DNA from: Amoebophrya sp. A120
Lineage: Eukaryota; Protista; Dinoflagellata
Length of the DNA: 64,000 nucleotides
Assembly (NCBI GenBank): GCA_905178155.1
Contig: CAJINV010000004.1
Coordinates: 4,644,518 to 4,708,517, forward strand
Direction of reading: 5' to 3'
The position numbers and the translations under genes were made by a program. This document shows, piece after piece, positions 13,785-26,055 of this stretch. Below the pieces are notes generated by a model. The model was given only the letters and a program-made list of their open reading frames with translations. It did not search any database and was not told the origin of the DNA. The stretch's first letter is position 1; every line of letters begins with the position of its first letter.

Positions 13785-16046
13785 AGAAAATGCTCAACAA
13801 GAAGTTTGATTTGATGAAGGATTTTCTACTTCTGCTGGCTACATAGATGGATTATGGTGTGACCTCCACGGCTACTGCAGATGTTAAGATGACCTTCGAT
13901 TTGATGTTCAAAATCTTCCTCTCTGATTTATTCCGACGACAAAACCACCTAGCAGATCGATCAGTAGTTGTAACAGCGACGAGAATTTTCCCACTATCTC
14001 CATCGACTGTGTTTCCGTTTCGCGACCAGCACGAGTAGTTTATTTATTACGAGCAGTACGACGTAAGTGATTTTCATTTTCTGCAGAATCTAGTAAAAAT
14101 ACACCTGTCATCAGCGGAGTTTTTGTTATAAGGATCTACCACTCCAATGAAATCAGTCTAGTATTTAGAAATACTGCTCGTGCTCAGCTCTAGTAGTATA
14201 AAGTAAGCAGCAGGAGGCCCTCTTGCTCTAATCTGAGTACTTCTTCAACCACCGAACTCATTTTGCAAGCAGCGACGCCAAACAAGCCGAAGGCAACTAC
14301 GAAGGAGCCAGAGGCCAGATTAGACGACTAATAACTTCTACACGACCAAGGAATCACGGCCGCTGTATTGCTACATGAAAAAGAGCAGTTTAATATTTTG
14401 TGGTGGAGGTCCAGAAGATGTTTGAAGATTACTTACCCAGGTTTGACGTTGTAAAAATATTTTCCCCTGCAGCTTTCAGAAGTCGGATGGATAGCGAATC
14501 GAATGCTTTAATACTATACGACAAGAACGAGCTGCGACGTCGAGAAATAGTCCCAAAATGTATGGTATAATCCGACTTGAAAATACATCGTTCAAGAAGC
14601 GAACGCTAGTCTCTCTTGTGCAGAGCCAGGACATTTCAAAATAGGTAAAAATTGCTTCATCTATCAAAAAACAGTAGTAAACCGAATCTAAACGGCGCTC
14701 CTCTAGTATTCTCGGAAGCCCCCACCTCCGCGTCCGCAGGTCTTGGATTGCAGTCAACAAGCCGCCCGGTCTTTTTGCTCTCCTTTGCGGGAGCTAGATG
14801 GCCGTGTGCTTGAAGAAGGCAAAGGCCTTGATCTTGCTGCCGTCGTCGGTGTTGTGCACGGGACAACGAGAACTACGAAGAAGCGCTTGAATAATTCCAG
14901 GCAGCTACGCAAGCTAGCTTCCAGAAGCGGTTTTTGACTCTTGAGCTTACATGTTTGCAGCACGTCGGGCTTAGTACAACGAGAAGACGATACTATCAGC
15001 GACTTCTTTTATCGATCGTAATAATTTTAGAAGATTTTATGTGAATTGAGCCTATTCACGTATCCCCAAGCGACAGACCGACCACTTCTTTCGGCCGAAA
15101 AAAAAATTCGCAGATTTGCTTCTTTGCCGTTCCACTGGTAAAGCCGCGGCCTGTGAATGAAGATTTGGTGGCGAAAGTGAAAAGAAAAAGAAAATTATTT
15201 ACGAGGATGCGCAGCAGTTGTACAACTGCAGCTGCGTGGGGAAAAATTTTCCGGTTTCATGGGGCAGCTGGTCCAGCAGCCCGCACTGTTCCATCGATAT
15301 CGGCATGCCGAGAAATCGGATTGGAAAACAACCAAGCTGAAGCTATAATATCGGTATTCGTGGGAAATGTCAGTGTCGTAAATTCTATTGTTGCTTTTCG
15401 TTTCGGTTTTATTGCCGTTCGTCTTGTAGTTACCGTGCTTCCGCTTCCACACAGGACTGGTCCCTAGCACCAGCAGATCGTATTTTTACATATCGTCCAG
15501 GTAGCAATTGCGAGAAATAAGTCCAGTACATGTCTTCTACTCGGTGCCGTTTCATGCTCTTCGTTTGTCAGTCCGAATACCGTGTCGTGATTCATCAGTT
15601 TTTGCCACATTCCTTGGCTGTGCTATTCGTGGTATTCAAGTTTCGTTGGAACTTCTGTAAGGGTACTGTTCTGAACAAGTACACACAGCCACTCCCACAG
15701 TTGTCTCCATTGCCATCCCCTTTAGTGGTTGAAGACCGAAAAAATACGAGAACCAAAGAAGGCACCCCCTTTTTGGTACTTCACCGTAAGATTTTCACCC
15801 AGGAGACCCGTCCCACCGTAGCTGCAAACGCATTTCAAACTACATCAAGTTTCTTATGAAGAAGCTTTAGATAAATCCATCGCATACAGTACACCGACGA
15901 GAATTATCAACTGTGACGAACAAGTCGTAAAAAATAATGCAACGCACGATTATACTGTTGGCGGTGTGCTGACGAGGTCGTAGAAAATGCAAGGCATAAT
16001 GCTCTTGGCGGAGTGGAACTAAGCGTGAAGCAGGCCGCGCAAGAAG

Positions 16047-18137
16047 ATGTTGCATCGAAAGGAAAAATCGGGTGCAACGAATAGGGGTCGTTTTCGTTTT
16101 CCTCCCTTCCCTCGCACTCCTTGCTGCCTTCTGATTAGTGCGTCGACCATTGCAGCGGTGCGGACGTTTTTCGTCGACGTTTTCCTCGTCGCACATGGTT
16201 TCCAGCTACAGGTCGCAAGAAGGACCAAGCAGCAGCAGCACCTGGTCGTCCACCAGAACCATGGTAAAAAAAGAAATACCAAAACCCAACAAAGCCAGAT
16301 GGTGAATAAAAAGTCGGGACTAAGAGAACAAGATATGAACACGACCGGTGAAACCCCCCGCGCGGGCTGGCCGGATTACACCCACAAGAAGTATTCCAAA
16401 GACAATCCCTACTGCCGGGAGTGGGAGGACCACGAGCACGAGGACTGGTGGCTCGCAGACCTGTGCGACATTGAACTGGCCAACACCGACAAAGCGAAAA
16501 ACGCGTTGAAAGCCGCGGCCGTCGCGTATGAAGGCTTCAGGTTGGAAATCCTTAAAGTGAAAATGATCTGTAATGCAAAAAAACGACACCAGTTGAAGCA
16601 TCATTTCTATTCGGCGCATGACAATAAATTTCCCGGACACTCAGAGCGTGTCTGTCATGCTAGTTAGGCAAAGGGGTGGCCTTCTCTCGTGCTAATGAGC
16701 AGCCCAACTCTGAACCCGTAGAAGCACAATAGTCGGCCTTCATTGCGTTCTTTGCAATACAGTTTTTTTGGTGTCGCATTTCATGCATCACAAATTATTT
16801 TCACTTTGAGGAAGAGGATTTCCATTCTGAGGCTTTCATATCGCGCAAGTCAACAGCGACAACTTTGACCCGCGGGAGATCGGCCACGGCTACGTCATGG
16901 AGAAGACCCAGCAAGAGCAAGCGGCGCCGTATTGCGTCAATGGAGCCCAGTACGCGCAGTCGTTTCGGGAGAAGTTACTGGATGATAACGGGAACGTCAA
17001 GCACGACGCGGAAGCGGGTGAAGTCAAGCAGATGATCCAAAATCTGTTTCCCACGCGCACCTTCACGAATAGTGACTACGAGGAGAATTTCGAATATGGA
17101 TGTGTCAGGATTGAAATCGACAAAGTTGAAATGATTTGTCATGCATAAAATGGATGCCAGGTGGTAGCCCAATTTCCAAGCGGCGCATGACAAATTTTCG
17201 GAGCGTTGAATCCAATTTGTCATGCTGTTTGGGCACAGAAGACTGCTTTTGTCATGCTCTTTTGGCAGCTCTATCCCAAACCCTAAATAGGCTCACAATC
17301 TGCCTCACTTGCCATCCCGGCAAGACAGGCGCTTCATGTTTCGCATTTTATGCATGACAAATCATTTCAACTTTGACGCTTTCAATCCTGACAGTTCCAT
17401 ATCGAATGGATGTGCAAGATGACGTGCGACTACATGGGACCGGAGTGCATCATATCCAGTGCAAAAGTATCGTACTCGTATTGCAATCATGCATTACAAA
17501 TTCTTTTCTTAAGGTAGATCTGCATTACAAATTTCATTTCTCATGCTGAGGAAACTTGTAATGCATTTATACGAGTACGATACAATACTTTTGCAGTTCA
17601 TAAATCATCTACAGCTACGTATCAAATGCAAATACAATGTCTGGGTGGTCTGGAAACTCGAATTTGTGATGCTAGTTCGTGAATGGTGGGAAAACTGCAA
17701 TTATACGTAGCCACGCATGACAAGTTTTTGGGCTGCTCCTATAATGTGTTGCGCTTTCCGCATGGAGGTAAGCTGTAATTTTGCATGACAGGCAGTACCA
17801 GTTGTAGGCTTTTCTTCTGCTCCTGCATTACAGATTTAAGAGGATGGAATGGGAAACAAGCATGACAAACTTGCATCCTTCCAAACCCTGGCATATTTGC
17901 AATGCATACTGTGGCAACAAGGACTACTTCGACAAATGGAAGAACGACTACACGCACCACTGTTGGACCAAGGCGCAGGACAACTACGACTTATCGAGGG
18001 GAACGACGGGGAAAAATAACATTTTTTCTTCGCGCTGCGTGAGGCGCGCGTGCGACACGGGCACCTGGGTCCTGAATCAGGGGGGCAATGAGGACCTGAA
18101 CTGGAAAAGCGTTGCGTGTGCGGAGACGGCGAGATGA
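16047..18137 (+). CDS. Putative secreted Cys-rich protein with a PAN/Apple-like domain
   Basis: Exons 16047-16526, 16846-17094, 17407-17452, 17608-17619, 17914-18137. Spliced product has CKMTCDYMGPECIIYSYG...HHCWTK (PAN-like Cys spacing) and a hydrophobic N-terminal stretch. Start uncertain. Confidence 0.65.
16527..16840. mobile_element. Introner, divergent family D
   Basis: TATGAAGGCTTCAGGTTGGAAATCCT...AGGATTTCCATTCTGAGGCTTTCATA; DR TCGCG/TCGCG; spliced AVA|QVNSDN. Confidence 0.93.
17095..17401. mobile_element. Introner family D (about 310 bp; TIR TATGGA---GTCAGGATTGAAATCG-CAAAGTTGAAAT)
   Basis: About 55-bp TIR; DR TCGAA/TCGAA; spliced ENFE|WMCKMTC. Confidence 0.96.
17453..17602. mobile_element. 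Introner family B
   Basis: TATCCAGTGCAAAAGTAT...ATACTTTTGCAGTTCATA; DR CATCA/AATCA; spliced ECI|IYSY. Confidence 0.92.
17620..17908. mobile_element. Introner family C (degenerate DR)
   Basis: TATCAAATGCAAATAC...ATATTTGCAATGCATA; DR CTACG/CTGTG; spliced YSY|GNKDYF. Confidence 0.88.
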
Positions 18138-19630
18138 AGGGATGTAGTTTATCAACGACTTCTACTACGACCACTTCATATACATATAAAGTTTTGCAGT
18201 CAACTGCTCGTGTCTATGTGTCGTTTGGATAAGTTTGTTCTTGATGATGCAGTTGCCCTCGCTCTGAATTCTGTATACAAGATCGTGCTGTTGGACATAT
18301 TTGTTGTATCCATTTGAGTCGTCATCGATAAATTTCAGAAATGGTATTCCGCTCTCGTGGCGAAGTTGTTCGTGCTGTGCGTCGTGCGCACGACAGTGAT
18401 GTTCGACCATGAAAATTACTCAACTGGTCGCGCTGGAGCAACGTAGAGACTTGCTTCTCGTGAAACAAGCTAAATAAGGTAACCCTTGTTGAGTATGAGT
18501 TCGATTGCCTTGCGCGGTTTCTTGATCGCCCAGAAAAGTGAAAGGCGACATACTAGACCTAGAGTTGTAGATCATCGGTGAAATAAGCTGCGATCCCGTC
18601 AAAAAAGTAGACAATGACAATCAAGTTCAAGATCGGAATCAAACGAAGATAAGAACAAGGTGCGAAACAAGCACTCAGGTCTTGAGTGTTGAACTCGAAA
18701 TATTCAGACGAGAATAAAGTTCAGCGGAATTATGATGATGGATCAAGGTTGACGTCGTGGTAATGGTAAATGAAATCGAGCTCCTGAGTGACATTGATGA
18801 TCTTGTTGACTTATGACTATGAGTCACAACTGGATCATCCCGTTGCCACTGCAGATGAAATTGCAATGACAATGATCAATTCCGACCTGCTCCGTAAAAA
18901 AATCACTATACTACATCCGGCACACACTACCGAACTCAGGTCGAACTAGGGCTGCTTTCGCATTTCATATTCTCGGAAGTATATATACTTCCGGATCCGA
19001 ACGGCTCTATGCGCGGGGATTTTGACGTTTTTTTCTGATTTTATCTCTTAGTTACGGAGAGTACTTAGCTATCCAAGTCGTGTATAATATTAATTGGAGG
19101 TGGATCGAATGCGATTTCTATAGAAATCAGTGATATATCATTTCTTATTCTTTTGTTTTGCAAGGACGACAGATTCTTTTCTACGACATTTTGAAAGATC
19201 TGAACATTGACGTCTCGTCGACCGATGTATAATATGAACGAAAGCATTGACTACATGCAGCTAGAGATTAGCGCTACACCTACAACTACTAGAGCACCAT
19301 TCTCATGATGTGTGCTAAAAATATTCAAACAGCGACGAAAACTAGCGACAGCACCACGTTACCACTTTAACAAAATCTCCGCCGCGGAGGGAAAATTATC
19401 GAGACAACTCGCAGTGAGTTGCGAGTTGGGGCGGCACAGGCAGATTTGCAAGAAGTTCAAGAAAAAAAAGTACCTGATTACATATACCTCTAGTTCAACA
19501 TCCAGTTGGTTCATATATTGCTTGCAAATCCAGATCGGGAAAAGCGAACTCAGGCTGGCCCTCCTGACAGGTGAAGGTACTAACCGACACCCTCGGTAGT
19601 TGTTCTTGTTGTCACAGGAACAATATCAAA

Positions 19631-22600
19631 ATGAACGCTCTGCTCCAGCAGCTTGGCGTGATGACAGCGCCCACCATCGAGGAGCTGATGACCGTGGGCC
19701 CCAACGGATCGTACGTGGTGGATGTGGTATTAGCAGAACAACAGCAGGCGGCCGCCGCCGCCCACATGGCGGACGACATGAGTGCTCTCAATTTCAAAGC
19801 TGCCGGCAATAGTAATGGAACCGCAGGAGCACTACCTATACAACAACTTCCTCCGGCGGTCCCGGCTGCCACGGCGCCCGCGAAGCATTTTGCGGAACAG
19901 GGCTACTTGCGGCGCAGCCAGCTGTTGATTCACCACGAGACGAATTTGACGATGTGCCTGATGTTTCTGACCAGCATCATGTTTGCGTGGTACGGCATTC
20001 GGCAGGCGGTCAGCACGTACAAAGTGACCCCCCGGGCGCGGGACCTGATGCGGCGGTTCGGGTTTTTCGATTATTTAGACCACGGGGGGACGGCGGACGA
20101 GAAGGCAACGTGCTTACGCCTGATTTTGTCCCACAGCTCCAAAGACCTCTCCACCATCATTGCGGACTGCAGCCACGTGCCCGGGCAAGTGCTCACCGCG
20201 TGTCTGTACATCGCGTCGATCCTGGTTACCACGGTGGATTTCAACATCATCAACTACGCGCGGACGGACGGGACCTGGTTTCTGTACGTCGCCGTAAACT
20301 GGATCCGGAAGTGCAGTTTGCTGTGTTTGATTATGGTCCTCGCATTCCCCTTACCCAAAGACGACCAGTTCTGGACGATTTGCGCGGTATCGAGTGCAAA
20401 AATGTCTTGGTCTGGAAAAATTGGAATCTGTAATGCGTGTCCTCCACTCCTGTAAAATCTAAATCTGTTGTATTGCGCGACCGACAAAAGCGCGAATTCT
20501 TTGTCATGCAAAAACGCAGTTTCTCATGCGGATTACACATGAGACGGCGACCTGAAAATTTGTCATGCTTGGCTGCACTCAGGGGTGTGCTCAGTCATCG
20601 CCACTTGGCACCAGAAATTTCCAGACCCAGATATATTTGCAATGCATACGCGGAGTCGCACGACAAAAAGCAGATGGACCGCAAGGAGATCCGGAAAAAT
20701 ATGGCGTTCTCAACTGTTACATTCTCAAGTGTTACATGGATTTGTCATGCAAGAATGGGAAAAGTGAAAGGAGGAAGATTGCGCCTTTTGCATTACAAGT
20801 TTGGCGCAGATTTAGATGCTGTTTAGCCCTTCCGATATTTGTCATGCGAAGCAGCTCGATCATCTGCCAGCTGAAGGCACTTTTGCATGACAAATCCATG
20901 TAACGGTTGAGAATGTAACGTTTGAGAGCGCCATAAAAAACATCCGGAACCGAACAGTCGAGCCTTTCGTGAAGTGCCAGTGGCACAACCTCGCGGCCTG
21001 TTCCGTCGCGACCCTGACGCCGATCAACCTGTTGATGTTGGTCATCGACTTTGTGCACTTCTTTTCCGAGATCCCCTTCTACCAAAACAGCTTTTCCCAG
21101 GCGGACACGAAGGCGGAATTGTATGAATTTCTCAAGGACGGGACGGTCCGGGGGGAAGCGAAGGTGCCTGTGATGAACATAAATGGTCCAACCGCAGCAG
21201 CTCTTGCTGGCGGACAAGGACAACACCATCCAGGTTCGTCTCCGCTGGGTCTTCTACTTCCACAAGCCGAAGTCGCTGCGAACAAGTGCGTTTTCCCGTC
21301 CTCCTTCCAGCGCTGGGGGGCCTGGGGGACGGTGCTGCACTGCTGGGTCCCCTCGCCAGTGTACATCTGGTTCGTGTTGTCCGTTCTCCGCTTGGTGATC
21401 ATCATTCTGATATGCATTGCAAATGTGTCCGGGTCTGAATCTCTGCAACCTGTCATGCTAAATCTGAATCATGCAAAAATTTGTGTTGCATGCCTACCAA
21501 ATGCTGCCCACTTTTGATCAAGGTGAAATGCAGTTTCTCATGCAGGATAGGCATGGTTGGTAGTGATCTCGCGGAATCTGTCATGCTAGGTCCTCCATAG
21601 CAGATCATATGGGTCATGGACAACCTGCATGACAAGTCTAGCATTCTTCCAGACCCAGACACATTTGCATTTGATATCTGAACCTGCACACCGCGACCCG
21701 GATCGCGCACCACTTCTCCCACAGCAAGCCGGGAAACAAGAACACCATGCAGGGCTTCCGCTGCGAGATCACCTTTTTCAAGTCCATGCTCCGCGAATGC
21801 GCGTTGGCCGCTCTGGCAGGGATGTTCGCGCCCTACGCGAGCTACGACTGCTACAGCTACTTCTTCTACGTGCTGTGGACGGCCAAGAGCAACCCGGCCG
21901 TGAGCAACAAGATGCTGGTGGACCTGCAGATCTTCCAAAACAACCTCACCCGGTCGCTGATGACGCTCCTGGCAGTCTACCTGACGGTGTCCACCACCTC
22001 CTGGCTGTTCTGGCGGATCCGGCTCGCGATCCGGGACTTCGACTACAGCGACAAGGAGCTGGCCCTCATGTTCGACGAGTCGTGGGCCCCGCACGAGGCA
22101 AACTTGGAGGACCTGATCCTAACCCAGTACGCCGCGCCCGAAGACAACGGGGGCTCGAATGCGTCTGGCTCGTTGAACGGAACGACGACGTGTGTGGTTG
22201 AGGAAGACGAGGAGGATAGTTGTGACGAGGAGGATGTAGTTCAACGTGATCTCTATGGTGACAATAACGATAAGCCTGCTGGTATAGCTTCGAAGAAGAA
22301 AATCGAGAGCAGCTCTTTTGTCCTCCTTCAGCGGTCTAACACTGCGAATACGGTAAACTTTCACGACCTGATGTACAATAGCATGTTGTCATACACAAGC
22401 GAAAACGAGGCGGGTCAGCAGGCGGGGAATCAGGATTTGTGCGGGGCCTCCGGAAAGGAAATTATACAAAATCTTGTTGATGAGCAGCGCAGAACTAGCC
22501 TCCAGATGAACAATCATACCATGCAGCAGATCAAATGCGATCATCTTCCTGCGCGGGGGGTCTCAAATGAAGAAGAATTATACGCTGGTGACAATCATGC

Positions 22601-24071
22601 CAGTAGAGACCACAACATCACGGACGAAGGAGATGATCGCAGAGCTGCGTCCGGGCAGCACCAGCCCCAGGAGCTGCATCCTCATTTACTACCTGTCGAA
22701 AACAATAACACGCCAAGCACCGTCGGGACTGGGTCTGGTTCTTCGCCAGTAGATAAAGACATGAATAATTTTGACACCACATCTGCAAAGGGAAGCGTTG
22801 GTGGATTGGGATCCTCCACATCTAGATCGACCCCTCCACGAGATAGAAGACTGGAAAACGAAAATGCAAGAGATCCTCTAGCGGCGCCGGATCAAGCCCA
22901 AGACGTCGGCGAAGAACGTCACGACAAAGACGTGTCTTCACCTTCCACATTTCCTTCAAGAACCATTCCGCCGCTGGCAGGAGCGACAGGATCTACTGCT
23001 GGTGTTCCAGCAGCAGCTGCTACAGGAGCATCCTCTTCCTCATTGCAGCATCGTAACTCGCCTTCACCTCCTGCCCATATAATTCCGCAAGAAAATTATA
23101 ACGCATCTTCCGTTCCGTCCAGCAGCCCGCGCTCGGTGAAAATCAATCCGGACGCAGATTTGTCGGCTTACAGCTACAGTGCCGGTTTGCCGCAGTTATC
23201 GTCCTCGCCGCTGCTGCAAATTCCGCTCCCGCCTGGTAGGTCCTCGTCTTCGACGGTGCCAAGGGCGAACTCTTCTCAGGCCGGCGCGGCTTTCAACAGT
23301 AATGCCGCAGAAATAACTGGTGCGACTGCGACCTACACAACTACGAATGACTCTCACTATTCGTATAATTCCCGGAGGTCGCTCAATTCTTTCACGCTGC
23401 AATCCTCCGGAACACGGAGTTCTTGCACGACCGGAGGTTTGATTCCCGGTTGTGTAACTACTGAATCCACGAGGATCGAGACTGGAACGAAAATGAGGAT
23501 GAACAGTGCTGGAAACAACAACTCGCGAAACGATGATTTTATTACCGCGGAGCAGCAAAATCAGCAGCACATCATGAATACCACCTTCAGCCGCAGCCCG
23601 AGAAGTATAATCCCTACGACGCCACCAGGCGCAGCAGCAGGTCCTGGTCGTAGTAACACAACTACTTCTAGTACGCACAACCACGCCGCAGGCGGGGCCT
23701 CCACGGGAAGGGAGAGCACGAGCAACAGGAAAAATAAAGATCGGAAGAATAAATTATCGATGAGCGGGACTACGAGCACAGGCAAGAAGAAGAGAAACGA
23801 GACTGCGTTCCTCGAGCACATTGAGGAAGCGAACCGCCGGAATCTCGCTTTGCGGGAAGCAACTCGGCTAGAGTCCGCCAGGTCGCTTGCGTCCTCGAGT
23901 GGGCAGCAGCATGGAGTTGTGCAACCTAATCGAGGAAATCGCAACTTCTATGGCGGAGAAGCAGGAGCCGCGCAACAGGGTCGTGGGCAGAGAGGTCGAA
24001 CCTCCTCGCACAGTAACCCTGACCCCGCGGCGCTCGCTTTGCTGGCAAGCACGGATCATGTGGACCTTTAG
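19631..24071 (+). CDS. Multi-pass membrane protein with a long disordered C-terminal tail, function unknown
   Basis: Exons 19631-20387, 20654-20699, 20941-21410, 21682-24071 are in frame after removing three introners. Several hydrophobic helices, e.g. LTMCLMFLTSIMFAWYGI and VYIWFVLSVLRLVIIIL. Confidence 0.8.
20388..20648. mobile_element. Introner family C
   Basis: TATCGAGTGCAAAAATGTCTTGGTCTGGAAA...TTTCCAGACCCAGATATATTTGCAATGCATA; DR CGCGG/CGCGG; spliced TICA|ESHDKK. Confidence 0.94.
20700..20935. mobile_element. Introner family F (about 235 bp; TIR TATGGCG-TCTCAACTGTTACATTCTCAA-TGTTACATG)
   Basis: About 55-bp TIR; DR AAAAA/AAAAA; spliced IRK|NIRNRT. Confidence 0.95.
21411..21676. mobile_element. 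Introner family C, reverse orientation relative to 42545-42840
   Basis: TATGCATTGCAAATGTGTCCGGGTCTG...CAGACCCAGACACATTTGCATTTGATA; DR TCTGA/TCTGA; spliced IIIL|NLHTAT. Confidence 0.95.
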
Positions 24072-26055
24072 CTAGACCCGGCTTGTTATTACGCAGTTGT
24101 TAGCGGAGTAGACATTGGCATTGCTTGACATTGACAAAAGCAACAAGCGGCGACGCGACCGGGTCTGAAGCTGTGTGGCTTCCGTATCCGTACCTTAATG
24201 TTCGCAAGTGTACAAAAAACCTGGAGCAACGTGCTCCCCCGAGCAGCGCGACTGCGCCTGAAGCTGTGTGGCTTCCTTATCTTTGGAAGGGGGAAAAACT
24301 TGATGCGTGCTGTTGTTGTAGTTGTTTACAGCAAGAAAAAGAATCGTAAATGCATACATGTTGATGCAACTCCACCTGTACTTCGTTGCTTTAACCGTTG
24401 AGAGAACAGTATTGGAAACTATCCCAGAAGAAGTGTCGGGACCTCTAGTACAATTTGACGTAATTTGATGAATAACCAGCGAGTTGCACCCCTACCTCCC
24501 TAACCCTTCACTCACAAAACTATTTTGTTGAACGAGACGTAGTTCTCTCGCTTTCAAAAATCGGAGGAACACAATGATGGAGTGCTTTTCGTCGACGTCC
24601 TCAGCATACTTACAAAGAAGTCGTGGTCCTCCCCTTTATGCAAGCTGCAGCCGGACGGGTGTCTCGAGGCGCTTGCATGGAGGGCGGCACTGCTCATGAA
24701 GGCCAGTATAAGTTAGTCTTAGCTCGAACTATGGGAAGATCAGCTGCCATACTTTTTTGTGACTGCCAAGCATTCACCGACCGTAGACAGTGTTCTACGG
24801 TTTTCCTGTAGTTGTTGATGTGTAAGTAGCGACCAGGATTTTATCGACGTCATGTTATCACTGATAGTTCTTGTAAAGGTGCTAGAAGGTGTGCACAACT
24901 CGAAGGAGCAGTAGAGGTACGCGATGCATGATTTTGCAGAAGTCACCTTCTACCCTCTCACTGTCACAACTTCCTTGACAGACAAGTCATGTCGGGCGCA
25001 TGCATAATTCTTACGCAGTGGCGGGAAAAATCTGTGCTGTAGCTGCAATCTGGGTTTTGATGCCCAATGTCGTGTACTGATGTTAGGCGTGTACTGATGT
25101 TAGCAGAACTTGTAGATGTAGTTCTGGACGGGTAGTTCTTGGAGTGTCTTAGAGACTCAGACTTGAATAGCGACTGGCTCCTCACGACACGCAGTTGCAC
25201 TTAATAGCAGCTTTCCATAGTGTAGCTCTTTACGACCGTCAGGAAGCTTCATCTTGCAGATTCTCATTCTGGATGTTGACTAGGACTACCTCGACGTTCT
25301 TGATCCGTACCCCGGATTGGGTTGTCTCCACCATTTTATGTTGCACATCATTCGACGAGTAAGCATCATTGCAGTTGTGGTCCTCGCTGCAGACCATGTC
25401 GCCTAGAAGTAAGAACTTTTCCGGTTGTACATGAGCACGGCAGGATTTATTCTGTTAAGGTCAACATGTGATAATTGATTGTCATTTATCAACAACGACT
25501 TGGCCTGCTTTAAAGCGGATCGTAGATTCTCACAACCCTTGGTAAATGTGACAGCACTGCATCAACATACGAGGTCCACCGACGGGTGTGAGCAGCATTC
25601 CAACCAATACATGAAGATGTAACTACGCAACCCGCTGTTTATTGCTCTTCTTGCCATCCCCATGAAGAAGAAGATCGTGCGAAAATGATTATGAATGAGT
25701 CAGGAGATGATTCTGTGTTCATGAACCAAGATAAGAAGCGTCTCCATGATGACCCCTTGCGAAAGCAGTAGTGCAGGAAGTCTGTGAAAATAGTCGCAAC
25801 GACCAACTGTCGTCGTTCTGTGTGCGAGCTTTCGTGTTTCTGGTAGTTGCTCCTGGTGTGTGTATTCGTGTTGTGGTTGCCTTCGTTTTTCTTGCAGTAG
25901 ACGCTTTGGAGGTGATAAGTTCAGCAACATTTTCTGCCGGTCTAGATGACTCAGTGCCCGCGCTTCGACGTCAAGAGGAAGAGAGGACCCCCACCGCCTG
26001 CAGCGAGCATTTTCCCGCCGAATGATAAAATTAGATCCGGTTTTGTTGATTGATC

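Noticed and set aside
24153-24281. Two copies of CTGAAGCTGTGTGGCTTCC in a 3' UTR (similar short duplications near 25070-25103 and 37034-37078)
   Set aside because: Only two units each, consistent with simple local duplication.
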